From positions 1,555,895-1,618,417 of the forward strand of contig JAWQFM010000004.1 of NCBI GenBank assembly GCA_033442325.1: 62,523 bases of DNA. Reading direction: 5' to 3'. Below, in pieces: positions 1 to 12,981 of the stretch. The notes under the pieces were generated by a model. That model saw only the letters and a program-made list of their open reading frames with translations, had not been told where the DNA came from and did no database searches. This DNA comes from Salpingoeca rosetta. Lineage: Eukaryota > Protista > Choanoflagellata. The position numbers were made by a program, and so were the translations under genes. The stretch's first letter is position 1, and each line of letters starts with the position of its first letter.

Positions 1-73
1 ACACCTTCCTCCACGCCTGTGTCTGTCCGTGCGTGTCGATGCTCATGTGGCGGCAAAGTCGTACAACGCATAC

Positions 74-1303
74 ACCTGCTGCGCCCGAAGAAACGTCATG
101 TGCGCAGAGTCCACCTGCGTGTGTGAATGAATGAATGTGTGTGTTGGTGTGAAGAATTGAATCGGCATGAGTAAAGAAGATCACGAGGTCCTACCCTCCA
201 CCTTCTCTTCCTCTCCCACCGCTTTCGCCGCCTCCTCCTTATTGCCTCCAGTTCGCCTGATTGCCTGCAAGCACAAATGCGCCCTCACCAGGTCCTGGAA
301 GATGTGTGCGCGGGCGGCGGGGATGTGCCGCTGGATGTTCTTGACGGCGGCAAACGCTTCGCCAAACGTGGCGTTCATCGCAGCGAGCAGCGGTCGGACC
401 TGTCGTTTGAGGGAGAGGGGGGCGATGATGATGATGGAGGAGGACAGGTTGGCACGGCGACCATGGAAGGAAGCAGGGAGCTCACAAGGAATGTAATAGG
501 AGTACATGCACAAGCACATGTTAATACACAACACAACATAACACAACACAACACAACACAACACAACACAACACAACACAACACAACACAACGCAACACA
601 ACACGCGTACACAACACAACACACCACCTCCTCCCTGCTGTCCTGACCTCTGTCCAGTAATTGGGCTGCATATCCAGACGGGCGGCGTTGAAGTCCAGTT
701 TGTTCGGCTGCGTTGCGTCATTCGGCACCGCCCACGACGACAGATCCGCCATCGCGTCCCACCCTTGGATGTATGCCTGCAGGCATTGTTGCGAAAATCG
801 AGAGAGTGCAGGTAGCAGGGGCAGCAGGGGCAAGCAGGAGTTAGGGGTTTGCGGGACAGCAGCACGACATGACGCAACGTAAAGCAAGTGTGACAATCCA
901 CACCTGTCCGTTGCGCTTTGCATATGCGGTGTCCTGCGTTGGAAGCGGCGCAGACTTGTTCCAGTGACCGAGAACTGTTGGAAGAGGAGGGGCGGGGGCG
1001 GGTGAAGATGGATGAAGAATAGAAGGGAGCCAGTTGCAGTGAGTAAACTGGTTCAGCAGACACACAAGTACACACACACACACACACAAACAAACACACA
1101 CAAACACGCACACATGCACCGCACGCTTACCGAGGAGGCGGTGCTGCTGCTGTGCGTATGTGAGGAGCCAGTCCCTGACCATCGGCCCGGCGGTGGCGCC
1201 AAAGGCGGCGGCGATTCGACCAAAGAGAACAGACAGCGCAGACACGTCCGTATCACACCCGTCGTCGTCTGGATTCACAGGTGTGTGTGTGTGTGTGTGT
1301 TTG

Positions 1304-1342
<39 letters not shown>

Positions 1343-3450
1343 TGTTTGTGTGTGTGTGTGTTTGTGTATGTGTGTGTTTGTGTGTGTGTGTGTGTGTGTT
1401 TGTGTGAGTCTCATCATGAGACATGCACAAACGCACAGCTAGAGTCCCGCTCGCTCCATTCTAGCCACTCATACACCACACCACCACCGCCACCACCACT
1501 CACACACCACCATCAACCGCAACCCTCCTTCCTCTCCACTCACCGCCACAGACGTCCCAGAACATGTCGGCAGTTGCCACGTCCTGCACCCAATATGACC
1601 ATTCCCACCCGGAATCAAAGTTCATGTGCCCGTCCAACCGCACGCGTTTTCCACTATCACCATCATCATGAGCATCACCAACGCCATCACCATCAGCATC
1701 AGCACCACCACCACCAATGCCATCGCCGGCATTGTGAACACGTTCAGCGGCAGCCGCTGCAGTTGTTCTGTTGTGCTCCTCGCTCTTGATGCGTCGCAGG
1801 TCCCTGACGCGACCGAGTGCGTACAGCGGAAGAAACAGCGGCACATCCACATCAAAGTTGACCCAGTATGCCGTCTCGGGGTGGTACACCACCTCCCGCG
1901 CCTTGCCCAGCTGCCGGAACATAAAGTCGAACATGCCCGTGAAGTTGGCGTTGCCGTATGTGTTGGCCGGGTCGTCGTGGCTGTAGAACTGCACCGTGTG
2001 CGGCATAATCCCCATGCGCTCGTCGGCGAGGATGGGCAGGTAGTTGAAGTTGAGTGGCTTCCCCGTGTCGGGGTCCACGTAGTGCTTGCAGTACTGCCCG
2101 CTGGAGATGTGGCACTTGATGTACGCGCCCATGTCCACGCCGCTCGCGGCCTCTGTGGTCACGTTGATCCAGTGCAGCATGAGCTTGTCGTTCGGGTGGG
2201 TGAACTCGCTCAGGCCGTTCTCCGTGCTGATGTAGTCAAAGCCGCACGCTGCCAGCCACCGCATGCGCTGGTGGATGGTCACGTCGCCCTCGGTTGTGTT
2301 GAGCAGGGCTGCTGGGTCGACCAGCGTCATGGCGTGCTGCTGCTCCTCCGCGATTGCCGCGTCCACGCCCGCGTGCGTCGCGTACGCGTGGCACAGCGAT
2401 GTCAGGTTGCGGAAGCGGGCCTGCCGCTGCGCGCTGAAACCGTACCACGCCCAGTCCTTGGCAAACAGCGACAGCCACTCCACCCTTGTTGTGGTTGCGG
2501 TTGCGGTGGAGTCGAAGAGAGGGGGCGACAGCGTGTGAGAGAACATGAGAGATGGTCAGAGGGAGATGGGGGGCCACAGAAGGCGAGAGAACGTGAGAGA
2601 GCGTGAGACGCAAGAGGAGATGTGAGCAGATGCAGAGATCTCAACAACGGGTGTTGGTTGGCATGTTCAAGTTCCAACCGCACACACGCGCATGCTGTAC
2701 CTGTTGAGGCGGTGTGCAACGCTCCATTGGAGGTAGCGCTCAAAGTCTGGAACCATGTCTTCCCACTTCTCGACGACCGTACCGTTGATGGTGATGTCAA
2801 AGCCGGTGAGCATGTCCGTGAGCTCGAGCGGGTGCTCCGTGTGGATGTGGAAGCCGCGCAGGCGCCAGCGCGGCTCGCTCGTGGTGTTCTTGACGCGAGC
2901 AAGGTCCAACGCCCCGTTAACGGGCTTCTCCACGCGCAGTGGGTGCAGGAACGCAAACCCAAGCTGCTGCAGGGCGTCGTAGCAGGCATAGACAGAGCCA
3001 CGCCCAAGCATGTGCTTGTAGTGCGGATCAAACTGGAGCTTTGAGGGCGCGCGACCCCGCGCAACGACGAGGGTCGCGTTGTCGGCCTGCCGCACCGCGC
3101 GCACAATGTAGCCCTCTGGTTCAAGCGCAGCCACCTCATGATCTGGCACGACGGAACGCGCGTGCGTCGTGTTCCCGCACACGAGCGTGCTTGCTGCGCC
3201 GGCGTTTGTGCTTGCACTGAGCATCGTGACATCCACATCGCCCACGCTTTTCAGCAGTGCCGCCACGGCCGCCTGCACATGGCTGGAGATCTCATCGCCA
3301 AACTGCACCTTCACCTTGGTCGTAGTCGCAGTAGCAGTAGCAGCAGTCGCAGCAGCAGTAGCAGCAGTCGCAGCAGCAGTAGCAGCAGTCGCAGCAGTGG
3401 GGGCTGTTGCAACAAGCAACAGCGCCGCCACCGCACACGGGCAAGCGGAG
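74..3450 (-). CDS. Multi-exon secreted glycoside-hydrolase-like protein (GH20/GH67-type N-terminal domain + probable TIM barrel); probably continues off the left edge; no in-frame ATG seen
   Basis: Hydrophobic leader AVAALLLVATA; 'PEGYIV..LVVARG..GRGSVYACYDALQQLGFAFLHP' resembles the hexosaminidase/glucuronidase N-terminal domain, followed by 'PRWRLRGFHIHTEHPLEL'. GT-AG exons at about 3450-2700, 2485-1500, 1280-1130, 975-904, 778-649, 399-289 and 114-75 give a continuous protein. Confidence 0.6.
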
Positions 3451-3493
3451 CAGCAGCAGTTGGATTGATTTCTTTGTGTTGTTGTTGTTGGCG

Positions 3494-4090
3494 ATGATGA
3501 CAACGATGCGATCAGCGTTACTGTGGTTGGCGTGCAGTGCTCTCGTGGTGGTGGTGGTGGTGGCGTGTGGAGTTTGTGTTGAGGGAGAAGAGCTGTGCGT
3601 GTCAACGGCAGGTGGTGTCAGGTCACTTGTGTTTGCGGTGGAGGATGCAGAGGTGCTTGCAGCAATCAGCGGGTTCACCGACACGACACCAGCGCACCCG
3701 GATCATGTGGAAGTGGGCGTGGATGTGGTTGCGGTCACGCCAAGTGCAGCACACGCGATGACATGCCGTGCTGGCCGCGCTGTCGTGCACCGCTTCATCT
3801 GTGCTCGGCACAACAAGGCGGAGGAGGCCGTGGCTGCGTTTCCGCTGGGCGCGTACGGCCACCTTGGACCAGCGTGCGTGCACATGACAGTGCACCGCAC
3901 CAACGCCAGCGGTGTCTGCCAGCCGCGTCACGCTGCAACGCCCTGCCCCACCAACAGCGTTCCACTGCCGACACTGGCACAGCAGCGCTACCAACGCCAC
4001 GAGATTGTTGGGGTCAGTGAGTGTTGGTGGATGTCAGTGTGTGGATGAGCGTTGGAGTGGGCTTGTACGTGTGTGTGTGTGTGTGTGTGT

Positions 4091-4137
<47 letters not shown>

Positions 4138-5035
4138 TGCCATCGTGGGAGTTGAGCTGCTTGTTGATGTGTGGCTCGTCCATCCATCCATCCGCTTTGA
4201 GTTGACTTGCCTGTGCACCACGGGCTTGGCAGTTGACGCACTTCAACATGGCGACGTTCGTGCACAACGGGGACCCGGCGTGCTCGTCGACCAACTGGAA
4301 CCAAGGCGTCAACTGCTCCAACCCGGCCGTGTTCAACCCCGTCAAGCTGGACATTGACAACTGGATTGCTTCGTACAAGGCCCTTGGTGCCAAGCACGCC
4401 GTCCTCACCGCCAAGCATGGTTGCGGCTTCCTGGTGTGTATGTATGTGTATGTGTGTGTTTGAGTGTGTGTGTGTGTATGTGTGTGTGTGTGTGTGTGTG
4501 TGTCTATGTGTGTGTGTGTGTGTGTTTGAGTGTGTGTGTGTCTGTGTGTGTGTGTGTGTCTGTGTGTGTGTGTGTGTGTCTGTATGTCTATGTGTGTGTG
4601 TGTCTGTGTGTGTGTGTCTGTGTGTTTGAGTGTGGTTATGAAAGGAAAGCCCTCGTTGTGGTTGTGTTCCCTCACTGCTTTCACGCCTGCATCATCTTCA
4701 AATCCACCCCATGCCACAGCTCTGGAGCACCAACACCAGTCTTCCCAACGGTCGTCCGTATGGCTATGGGGTTCAACGGCCCAACGTACCCTCGTTCCCG
4801 CGCGATGTTGTGCTTGAGTTCAGCACAAAAATGCAGGCAGCTGGCCTTGGTCATGGCTTCTACTACTCCACGGGCAACAACTTCTACCTCAACCGCATCG
4901 ACTTTAAGCCAGCAGGCGCCCTCTTGCCAGGACAGGTAGTGTGTGTGTGTGGGGGGGGGAGTGAGTGTATGGTGTGTGTGTGTGTGTGTGTCTGAGTGTA
5001 TGGTGTGTATGTGTGTGTGTGTGTGTGTGTGTGCA

Positions 5036-5074
<39 letters not shown>

Positions 5075-6458
5075 ATCTGTGTGTGTGTCTGTGTCTGTAC
5101 GCCAGCACTTTTCATGTATCGATGCTTGGCTCAGTCTTACACCTGTTGTGAACGGCCAAATCCCACAAAGGTAAATGTCACGGACAAGGAGTACAACACG
5201 CTCGTGTTCGAGCACGTGCGGGAGCTGTGGTCGCGGTACGGGAACCTGACGGAGATTTGGTTTGACCACGGCTATGCCGGCGACCAGAAGGCCGCGCTGC
5301 AACAGCTCCTGCAACAGTACCAGCCACATGCGGCAGGATTCAACGGCTACGTACGTGATCCTGTGTGCTTGTGTTGGGGAAGGGGTTCGTTGCGAGTAGC
5401 TGGCGTCGTTGTGAATGCGTGTGTTGTGTGTGTGTCTGTGTGTGTGTGTGTCTGTGTGTGTGTGTCTGTGTGTGTGTCTGTGTCTGTATCTGTGTCTGTA
5501 TCTGTATCTGTATCTGTGTCTGTGTCTGTGTCTGTGTCTGTGTCTGTGTGTGCCTCCCCGTCTACCTGCCTGCCTGCCTGCCCACCTGTGACAGCGGTCA
5601 ACGCCGCTCGAACCAACTGCGTGTTATCGCATGCTCTTGTCTCCCCTCTTCCCTCCCCCCCCCCTCTTCACATCTCTTCCCCCCTCTTCCCTTCTCTTCC
5701 CCCCCTCTTCCCCCCTCTTCACACCTCTCCAACCATGCCTCATCAGGGCATCATGCCCAGCCCCGTCAAGTGGTGCGGCACGGAGAGCGGAACGCCCCCG
5801 CGCGGTTTCTGGAGCACGGGGTGCGACGCGAGCTCGGGCAACCCAAACGCCACCAGCTACTGCCCAACCGGCGTCGACACAACGCTGCAGGACTTTGACA
5901 CGTGGTTCTGGATGCCCGGCGTGCCCATCCGCTCGCTGGGCGCCATGATGGACGTGTACCACGCATCGGTCGGCAACAACGGCGTGCTTGAACTCGACTT
6001 TGCCATCAACAGAGACGGGCTCGTGGACGCGACGCACGCGGTGCTGTACAAGCAGCTTGGCGACTGGATCCGCGCGTGCTACGGCACTCCGCTCGCCAAC
6101 GCGTCGGCGACAGGAACCACCGTGACCCTCACGTTCCAGCAGCCCGTGACGACGGACCGGTTCATGCTGCAGGAGGCGTTTGAGTCCGGGGAACGCGTGC
6201 GCACGTGGCGCATTGACGTGCAAGAGAAGAATCATCTGCAGCAAATGCGGCAACGGCATGAGGGAGGTGGACACGTGCAAGCGGAGGGTGCAAGGGAACC
6301 TAATAGCAGCAGCGAGGAGGAGGAGGAGGATGATGATGCTTGGAAGAGCGTTGCGTCAGGGACGGTGATTGGGTACAAGCAGATTGTGTTGCTGGACGGC
6401 GGGTCCACCACCATCACATCTGCCCGCCTCACGATCACCTCCGCTGCAATGACGCCCC
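3494..6458 (+). CDS. Alpha-L-fucosidase, GH29 family, secreted, 5 exons, C-terminal CBM32-like domain; 3' end lost in the gap
   Basis: Exons 3494-4012, 4233-4433, 4720-4935, 5171-5350 and 5747-6458 with GT-AG sites. Motifs [57 protein letters not shown] (nucleophile), [14 protein letters not shown] and GTVIGYKQI. Confidence 0.9.
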
Positions 6459-6998
6459 NNNNNNNNNNNNNNNNNNNNNNNNNNNNNNNNNNNNNNNNNN
6501 NNNNNNNNNNNNNNNNNNNNNNNNNNNNNNNNNNNNNNNNNNNNNNNNNNNNNNNNNNNNNNNNNNNNNNNNNNNNNNNNNNNNNNNNNNNNNNNNNNNN
6601 NNNNNNNNNNNNNNNNNNNNNNNNNNNNNNNNNNNNNNNNNNNNNNNNNNNNNNNNNNNNNNNNNNNNNNNNNNNNNNNNNNNNNNNNNNNNNNNNNNNN
6701 NNNNNNNNNNNNNNNNNNNNNNNNNNNNNNNNNNNNNNNNNNNNNNNNNNNNNNNNNNNNNNNNNNNNNNNNNNNNNNNNNNNNNNNNNNNNNNNNNNNN
6801 NNNNNNNNNNNNNNNNNNNNNNNNNNNNNNNNNNNNNNNNNNNNNNNNNNNNNNNNNNNNNNNNNNNNNNNNNNNNNNNNNNNNNNNNNNNNNNNNNNNN
6901 NNNNNNNNNNNNNNNNNNNNNNNNNNNNNNNNNNNNNNNNNNNNNNNNNNNNNNNNNNNNNNNNNNNNNNNNNNNNNNNNNNNNNNNNNNNNNNNNNN
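6459..6998. other. Assembly gap (540 N)
   Basis: Run of N. Confidence 1.
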
Positions 6999-7432
6999 AC
7001 ACATGCGCACCAAGAATACGCTCCGCGGCGATGATGACGGAGAGGTAGCTGAGGATTGTTCTGTTGGGCGTCGACATGATGAGCAAACCACCGGGGCGCA
7101 CCAACCTGAAACGTGGTCGGACGATGAGAGCAAGACACGAGGAAGGTGGCGTGAGGTCAGTATGAGGCGGGGGCGGGATAGACTTCAGCAGCAGCAACAA
7201 CAGCAGCACGGTCAAACGAAACAACAACTGAACCTTACTTTGCGAGGCCCGCAACAAAGTGGTCGACGTCTGTCACGTGCTCCACAACTTCCAGACAGCA
7301 GACTGCGGTAAAGGGGAGGAGGTGTGATATTGTGAGTGAATGTGTGTGTGTGTGTGTGTTTGTGTGTGTGTAGACGTGTGTGCGTACGTACATGCGCCCT
7401 CTCAGCATGATGCGGTCATCCAACACACACAT

Positions 7433-7481
<49 letters not shown>

Positions 7482-8627
7482 ACGCACCGACGTCAAACTG
7501 CCTGTGCTGGGCAACGAGGTCATCTGTCGTGCCATGGATGTACTCGAGGTCGAGCCCCATGGCCTTGGCGTGCACGCGGCCAACAGGCGGCGTCTCCGGC
7601 GTGGAGTCAACGCCAACAACATCCGCCCCTGCGAACATGGCAAGGCACTCGCTGGTTATGCTTGGCGCAGCACAGAATGCAAAAATGAAAACAAGGAGAA
7701 GGGGAGGGGTGCTGTTGATGAAAGGCGGTATTATGTGCTTCGTTGCCTGTGCCAGGGATGCTCACCAAGATATGCCAGGTGCTCTGCGACGATGCCGGCG
7801 CCACAGCCAACGTCCAGCATCGTTAGGCCCCGGAGCGGAGCATCGCTTGGAGGCGAGAGGGTACCAGCCGCCACCTGCGACAGCTTGGCACAGTAATCAA
7901 TACCTGCGTCCTGTACCTCTGCACGTGTTGAAGGGCGGGTGGGGCGTTGCATTAGATTCAGGAGGAGATAACCAGCCGTGGCGGCAAGCGTGAGATTACA
8001 GCCAATGTTAGGCAAGCTTTCACACAACGGCACGTACAACGAGAGACACAAACGAGTTTTCTCAAACGCATGGGCCTGTACTCAGGCGCATACACAGTCA
8101 TACGCATACACACACACGCGCGCGCATTTGCACAGTCATACGCAAGCACACACACACACACAAACACCGTCATACACACACACACACACACACACAAACA
8201 CCGTCATACACACGCACACGCATGCGTCCACTCACGCTGAAGATGAGAAGAGTACGAGGCGCAAAGGTCTTCAAGCCTGGATGGCGATAGGGTGTCTTGG
8301 CGTGCAAAGTGGTGGAGGGTTTGCTGAGTAATGTACTTGACGCGCGCCGGGTTCATGTGATGCAGTGGGCGCATGGGCCCATTCAAGTCCCACCACTCCC
8401 GTGCCACCCGAGACCATGTCGCCTGGTCCTGGTTGTCAACAAACAAACAAAGGCGCACAGCAAAGGAAAGAGAAGCGCGCAGAAAGGAGTTAGTGATGGG
8501 ACGGCTATTGTTCTTCCCTGAGCCCCTCAACGGCGAGAAGTAACAACCACAAGGCAGCGTGCAGGCGTGTTACCTTGTCGTCCACAGTCGAGGTCGTGGT
8601 TGGCGTGGAGCGGTGCACTGCGCTCAT
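6999..8627 (-). CDS. COQ3: Ubiquinone biosynthesis O-methyltransferase (COQ3/UbiG), multi-exon, 3' end lost in the gap
   Basis: Spliced peptide MSAVHRSTPTTTSTVDDK / DQATWSRVAREWWDLNGPMRPLHHMNPARVKYI / MLDVGCGAGIVAEHLAYLG / ADVVGVDST / VCCLEVVEHV / LVRPGGLLIMSTPNRT, with SAM motif I and UbiG signatures. Confidence 0.92.
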
Positions 8628-8770
8628 GTCTGTTCTTTGTTGCGCACTGTTGCCTTTGGCTTGAAAAGTGGCGCATATCATTCACAACTCTTCCCGACTT
8701 CACACCAACACAAACCCCAAGAGCAAGCAAGTCGAAGCTTCCTCCTCCTCCTCAGCACTTCATCATCAAA

Positions 8771-9562
8771 ATGGCGGGTGTTGTCCTTTTCAGAGCTGTC
8801 TTTGTCGTGTTCTTGGCTGTGTGCGCGTGCAGTGTTGAGGCCATCACCACACCACCAACACCAAACAGGGCCAAGCTGGCGCAAGATGACAGCGGCGCCG
8901 TGCACATCAACTCGAGTGACCCAGCGACCCAGCCCGTGTTCCTGAATGGCGTGAACGTTGTTTCGGAGATGCAAACGCTGCGTGGAACCGTGGTGGCACA
9001 ACAGAGCATGATTCAGGCGTACCAATCAACGGTGCAAGCACACCAGAGCATGATCGCAGCACAGAACAGCACGCTTCAATCCCAGCAGAGCACGATCGAT
9101 GCTCTTCGAGGCAGGGTGTGTGAGGCGACTGCCAGCACGTTCGGACAGCTTGGCTCAACAACAGCCAAATGGCGTGGCGGTGTATTGGCGAACAACGGCC
9201 TGATCTACGCGGCACCATACAACTCGCCTTCTGTGCTTATCATCGATCCCAGAACCAACACCGCTGACACAACCACGATCTCCGGACTCGGAACAGACAT
9301 CCTAAAGTGGGCGGGTGCTGTGCTGGCACACAACGGCCTCATCTACATGTTCCCAGCAAACAGGGAGACGATGCTCATTATCGACCCCGACACCAATACC
9401 GCTGACACCACAAGCATCCACTCGCTTGGCTCCGGTCAACGCAAGTGGTACAGCGGTGTGGTGGCTGACAACGGACTCATCTTTGGCATTCCATTCGCTG
9501 CGGGCTCTGTGCTGATCATTGATCCCAACACCAACACAGCCGACACCACAACTGTTGTGTGA
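8771..9562 (+). pseudogene. Secreted coiled-coil/beta-propeller family, copy A, truncated after repeat 3
   Basis: Signal peptide, QDDSGAVHINSSDPATQPVFLNG module, coiled coil, Cys and 3 repeats; similarity ends abruptly at 9552 with a stop at 9560-9562. Confidence 0.85.
9266..9552 (+). repeat. 287-bp direct repeat identical to 15063-15349
   Basis: Base-by-base comparison at offset 5797 showed no mismatch; the flanks diverge on both sides. Confidence 0.9.
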
Positions 9563-9588
9563 AATGCTGACTCAGCTTTCACACAACA
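9553..9588. repeat. 36-bp near-perfect palindrome at the truncation point of copy A
   Basis: TGTTGTGTGAAA-T-GCTGA-C-TCAGC-TTTCACACAACA. Confidence 0.9.
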
Positions 9589-9655
9589 TACCCAACCACT
9601 TGCATGCATGCAATCTTACATCAACTTGCACGCATGCAAGATGGCTGCCACGTGT

Positions 9656-9716
9656 ACTTGTTGTTCACCTGTCTCACTTGTTGTTCACCTGTCTCACTTG
9701 TTGTTTGTTCACTTGA
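9656..9716 (+). repeat. 20-bp tandem repeat (ACTTGTTGTTCACCTGTCTC) x~2.5
   Basis: Directly visible. Confidence 0.8.
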
Positions 9717-9819
9717 TGTTTGTTTGATTCATTCACCTCTCGTCTTGTCTACTTTCACATTACACTACTTACACTACCGACATCTCGGTACAACAGGAAG
9801 AGCGCCGTCTGAAGTGACA

Positions 9820-12002
9820 GAAGCAGCGCCCGTGCTTGCGGTATAACCGGCATCAGCACCAACGCCTTCTTGCGCAGCCGCTTCAGCTCGCTGTCCAGCA
9901 ACCAACTCCTTGGCCACGGACATGGGCACCTGGCACACGTAGCGTGTGGGCCGGATGTGGGCGATGGTGCGGAACGTCGACTCCATCGTAGGGATGACCG
10001 TCTGCATCACATCGCGGCGGCCAGCCACCATCCATCCACACATTGCGCTCAGTGGGCGTGCCAATCACGTCCTGCGGCGCAACGTAGCTCACCACGCCGT
10101 CCTGCTTGCGGCACAGCGTGCGGCTGGCCTTGGTGAGATAGTTGAACAGCTTGCGCTTCAGGAAGGTGACGTCTGCCTCGGACATCTCCGGCACGTGCGA
10201 CGTGTCAATGACCGGAAGGTCGAGCACGTGGCACAGGTACTCCTTGAGGGTGTCCTGCACCGCGTTGTCAAACGCCGTCAGCTGCCGCTGCATGCCCTCC
10301 ACGGTCACGGGCACGCTCGAGGCGCACGCGTCCCTGTCCTCCGCGCTGGGCTTGCACACATACACGCGGAACTTCGGGCCAGCTCCAGCAGCTGCGAATG
10401 TAGGAAGCGGTATTGCATGCCCGTGACGCTGATCGTTGTCTGCGACTTGATGTTGGCGCCGACGGTGCTGTTGATGTAGCTGAGCCCGCGCTCCCTGTCC
10501 TGATCCAGGTAGTAGTACAGCGAGTACTCCAGCAGCATGGCGCCGTCCAGGTCGCACGTGTGTATCAGCGCCTGCTGGGGTGCCACGGGCGATGCGATGG
10601 GCGGGGTGCTGGTGACGGGCGGCGGCCGCACAAACTCCACATCCCGCATGGCCCCGTGTGTCGTGTCTGCGTAGGGCAGCAGGCCAAGCGTCGGGTAGCG
10701 CACGAGCTTGAGGCCGTAGTCGTTCAGCACGTGCTCCATGATCTTGTCGTCGCCCAGCACGCGGTCGCTGCGGGCACACGGGTGGAAGGTCGGCGCGAGT
10801 AAGCTTGCAAGCAGCTTGGCCTGCGACCACACCAGCACGGCGGTACTGCCCGTGAAGCAGATGCGGTTGCCCATAGTTGCAGCCGCCAGCACATTCAAGT
10901 CCTTGGACACGCTGCTCTTGTTGAATGCGTCGACGAGGTCCGACAGGAGGCCGCCCAGCTTGGGGTCGAGCACCGCCACGTGCATGTCGTTCGGGTAGCA
11001 CAGCCGCGCCACAAACGTGTGCGAGACGGAGGTGGCAAACTGCATCTTGCGCACGCACGCATGCGCCGCACGCGTGTCCGTTGTCTCCAGCACAAACACG
11101 CGCTGCAGTGTGGTCTCAGAGGACGAACTGCGGTTCTTGCTGTAGTCACTGCCAGCATCGCCATCTTTCTTGTACTGATGAGGGTCGTGCACAGCCGTGG
11201 GCTTGGCAGCAACATCATGTGCCTCACTATCACCTCCACCATCCTGCTGCTGCTGTTCCCCTTGTTCTTGTTCTTGTTCAGTTATGCGGGTGTTGGCAAA
11301 CGGCTGGATGTGGGACAGCGTGTCCTCGAGGGACTGTGGGATGGGCACAAGCTTCGCCTTGCCACCAACTCAAACGCCTGCACAATGTCGCGGCCCGTGG
11401 TGGGCTTGCTGTGCAAGGTACAGGTGACGACAATGCGGTGCAGCGGTGCGTGCCGCGCCTCCAGACGACAGGCGCTCGCTGCCGTGTCAATGGGCAGTGG
11501 CAGCAGGCTCCGAAACGTCTCCTCGCTGTCGGCAACCCCGTCCACGCTCGCACAGCGCAGGTCCGGGAAGACCTGCAGCGACTGGAAGTTGACGCCGGCG
11601 CGCTCCAGCGTCGCCTGCACGCTGCGGTACGTGTCGGTTGGCCAGGACATGGCGGCAGTCAGGCCTTTTGCTGTCACGCTTCCTGCCTGCCTCGGTCAGG
11701 TAGAACGTGATGCGCTTTGCCTGGCCCGCAACAGGCGCCGGCGTGATGGATGTTGGGGACGCAGGGGAGGAGGACGTGGAGTCCTTGCCCTTGCTCTTCC
11801 AGTTCTTTGCCTTTGGGTCTGGGAACACGTTGAGCTTCGTGCCCAGCACCTCCCGCTGGTCGTACAGGCGGACCATCAGCTCCGCGCTCTCCCGTGACAC
11901 AAACCTGTTGCAGGGGGAGTTGGTTGGTTGGTTGAGGACGTGGTTGAGGGAAGCGCACGCATGCTCATGCAGAATGAAGTTGCAGGAGCATCTGTGCATG
12001 CA

Positions 12003-12042
<40 letters not shown>

Positions 12043-12840
12043 TCGCCTACCTGAATATGCCCCTGACGCGGTTGCCGTGCCGCTTGTACGTGTGGGAGTG
12101 AAAGCCACTGTTTGCCTTGGCGAGCGAGGGCAACACCTCCTCAAGACCTTCGGGCACGGGCTCGACCCACACGGACCACAGCTCGTCCGCCGTCCAGGCG
12201 GGGCAGTCCCGGTCGCGGCGGGCCGTCCGCTGCACCTGCCCAATAGGGAAGTTCGTCATCTCCCTCAGGAGGCGCTCGCCAACCTTACGCGTCGCGCAGC
12301 TGCACATGTGTGTGTGTGTGTGTGTGTTTGAGTGAGTTGAGGGTGTATCGGTGCGGGATGTAGACAGGGATTACACAAGCATGATGAGAACTTGACAGTC
12401 GCATCCTCGCGCCATTACCCGTCACCACATGTCGTCATTCCCATCATGATCCTCGCATGCAACAAACACCTCCTCAACCGGTTACAAACCCACAACATTA
12501 CCACATTACTACCACCCCACCCATCACCACCATCACCTCCAACCAGTCAGCAGCAGCTCACCTGACGCGGACCACCTGCCCCTGATGTTCGTCCAGCGGT
12601 GAAATGCTGATGATGCCTGCTGCTTGCCAAGGAGCGCGCGCACCAGCTCAAGCATGCCCATGTGGTACACGAGCACGTCAAACGGCCCAAGCGACGCCTC
12701 CTCTCCATCACCCTCGTCGCCATGTGCCAGTGGTGGTGCTGCTGTTGTGTATGGCTCCGGTTCGTGGCCAACTGGCGGCTGCCGGGTGAATGGCTCGTTC
12801 CGCTGCGCATGGTCGTGGGTGATGATGGGTGACGAGGGGT
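9820..12840 (-). pseudogene. Truncated duplicate of the macro-PARP gene (RRM and KH-like part only), frameshifted
   Basis: Same peptides as 56820-59840 (WTADELWSVWVEPVPEG, FVSRESAELMVRLYDQ, LLEYSLYYYLDQDRERG); lacks the macro, WWE and ART regions. Confidence 0.8.
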
Positions 12841-12981
12841 AAGAAGTGTTGAGAAGGAGAATCGTGCCTTTGGGACCTTACACCCGCCACTGGTGCCCCT
12901 TTCCAAGAGGAAACACGAGCTTCTATCAATCTTCGCTCTCTCATCCTTCAATCCAACACACGCACGCAAGCGCATGTGCAC

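Noticed and set aside
520-5560. Many ORFs rich in CV/HT/VS dipeptides
   Set aside because: Translations of intronic (GT)n, (CACAA)n and hexamer microsatellites; the same applies throughout the window.
6232-7311. Long ORFs containing X runs, suggesting a fucosidase-COQ3 fusion
   Set aside because: Artefact of the N gap; the two genes converge on opposite strands.
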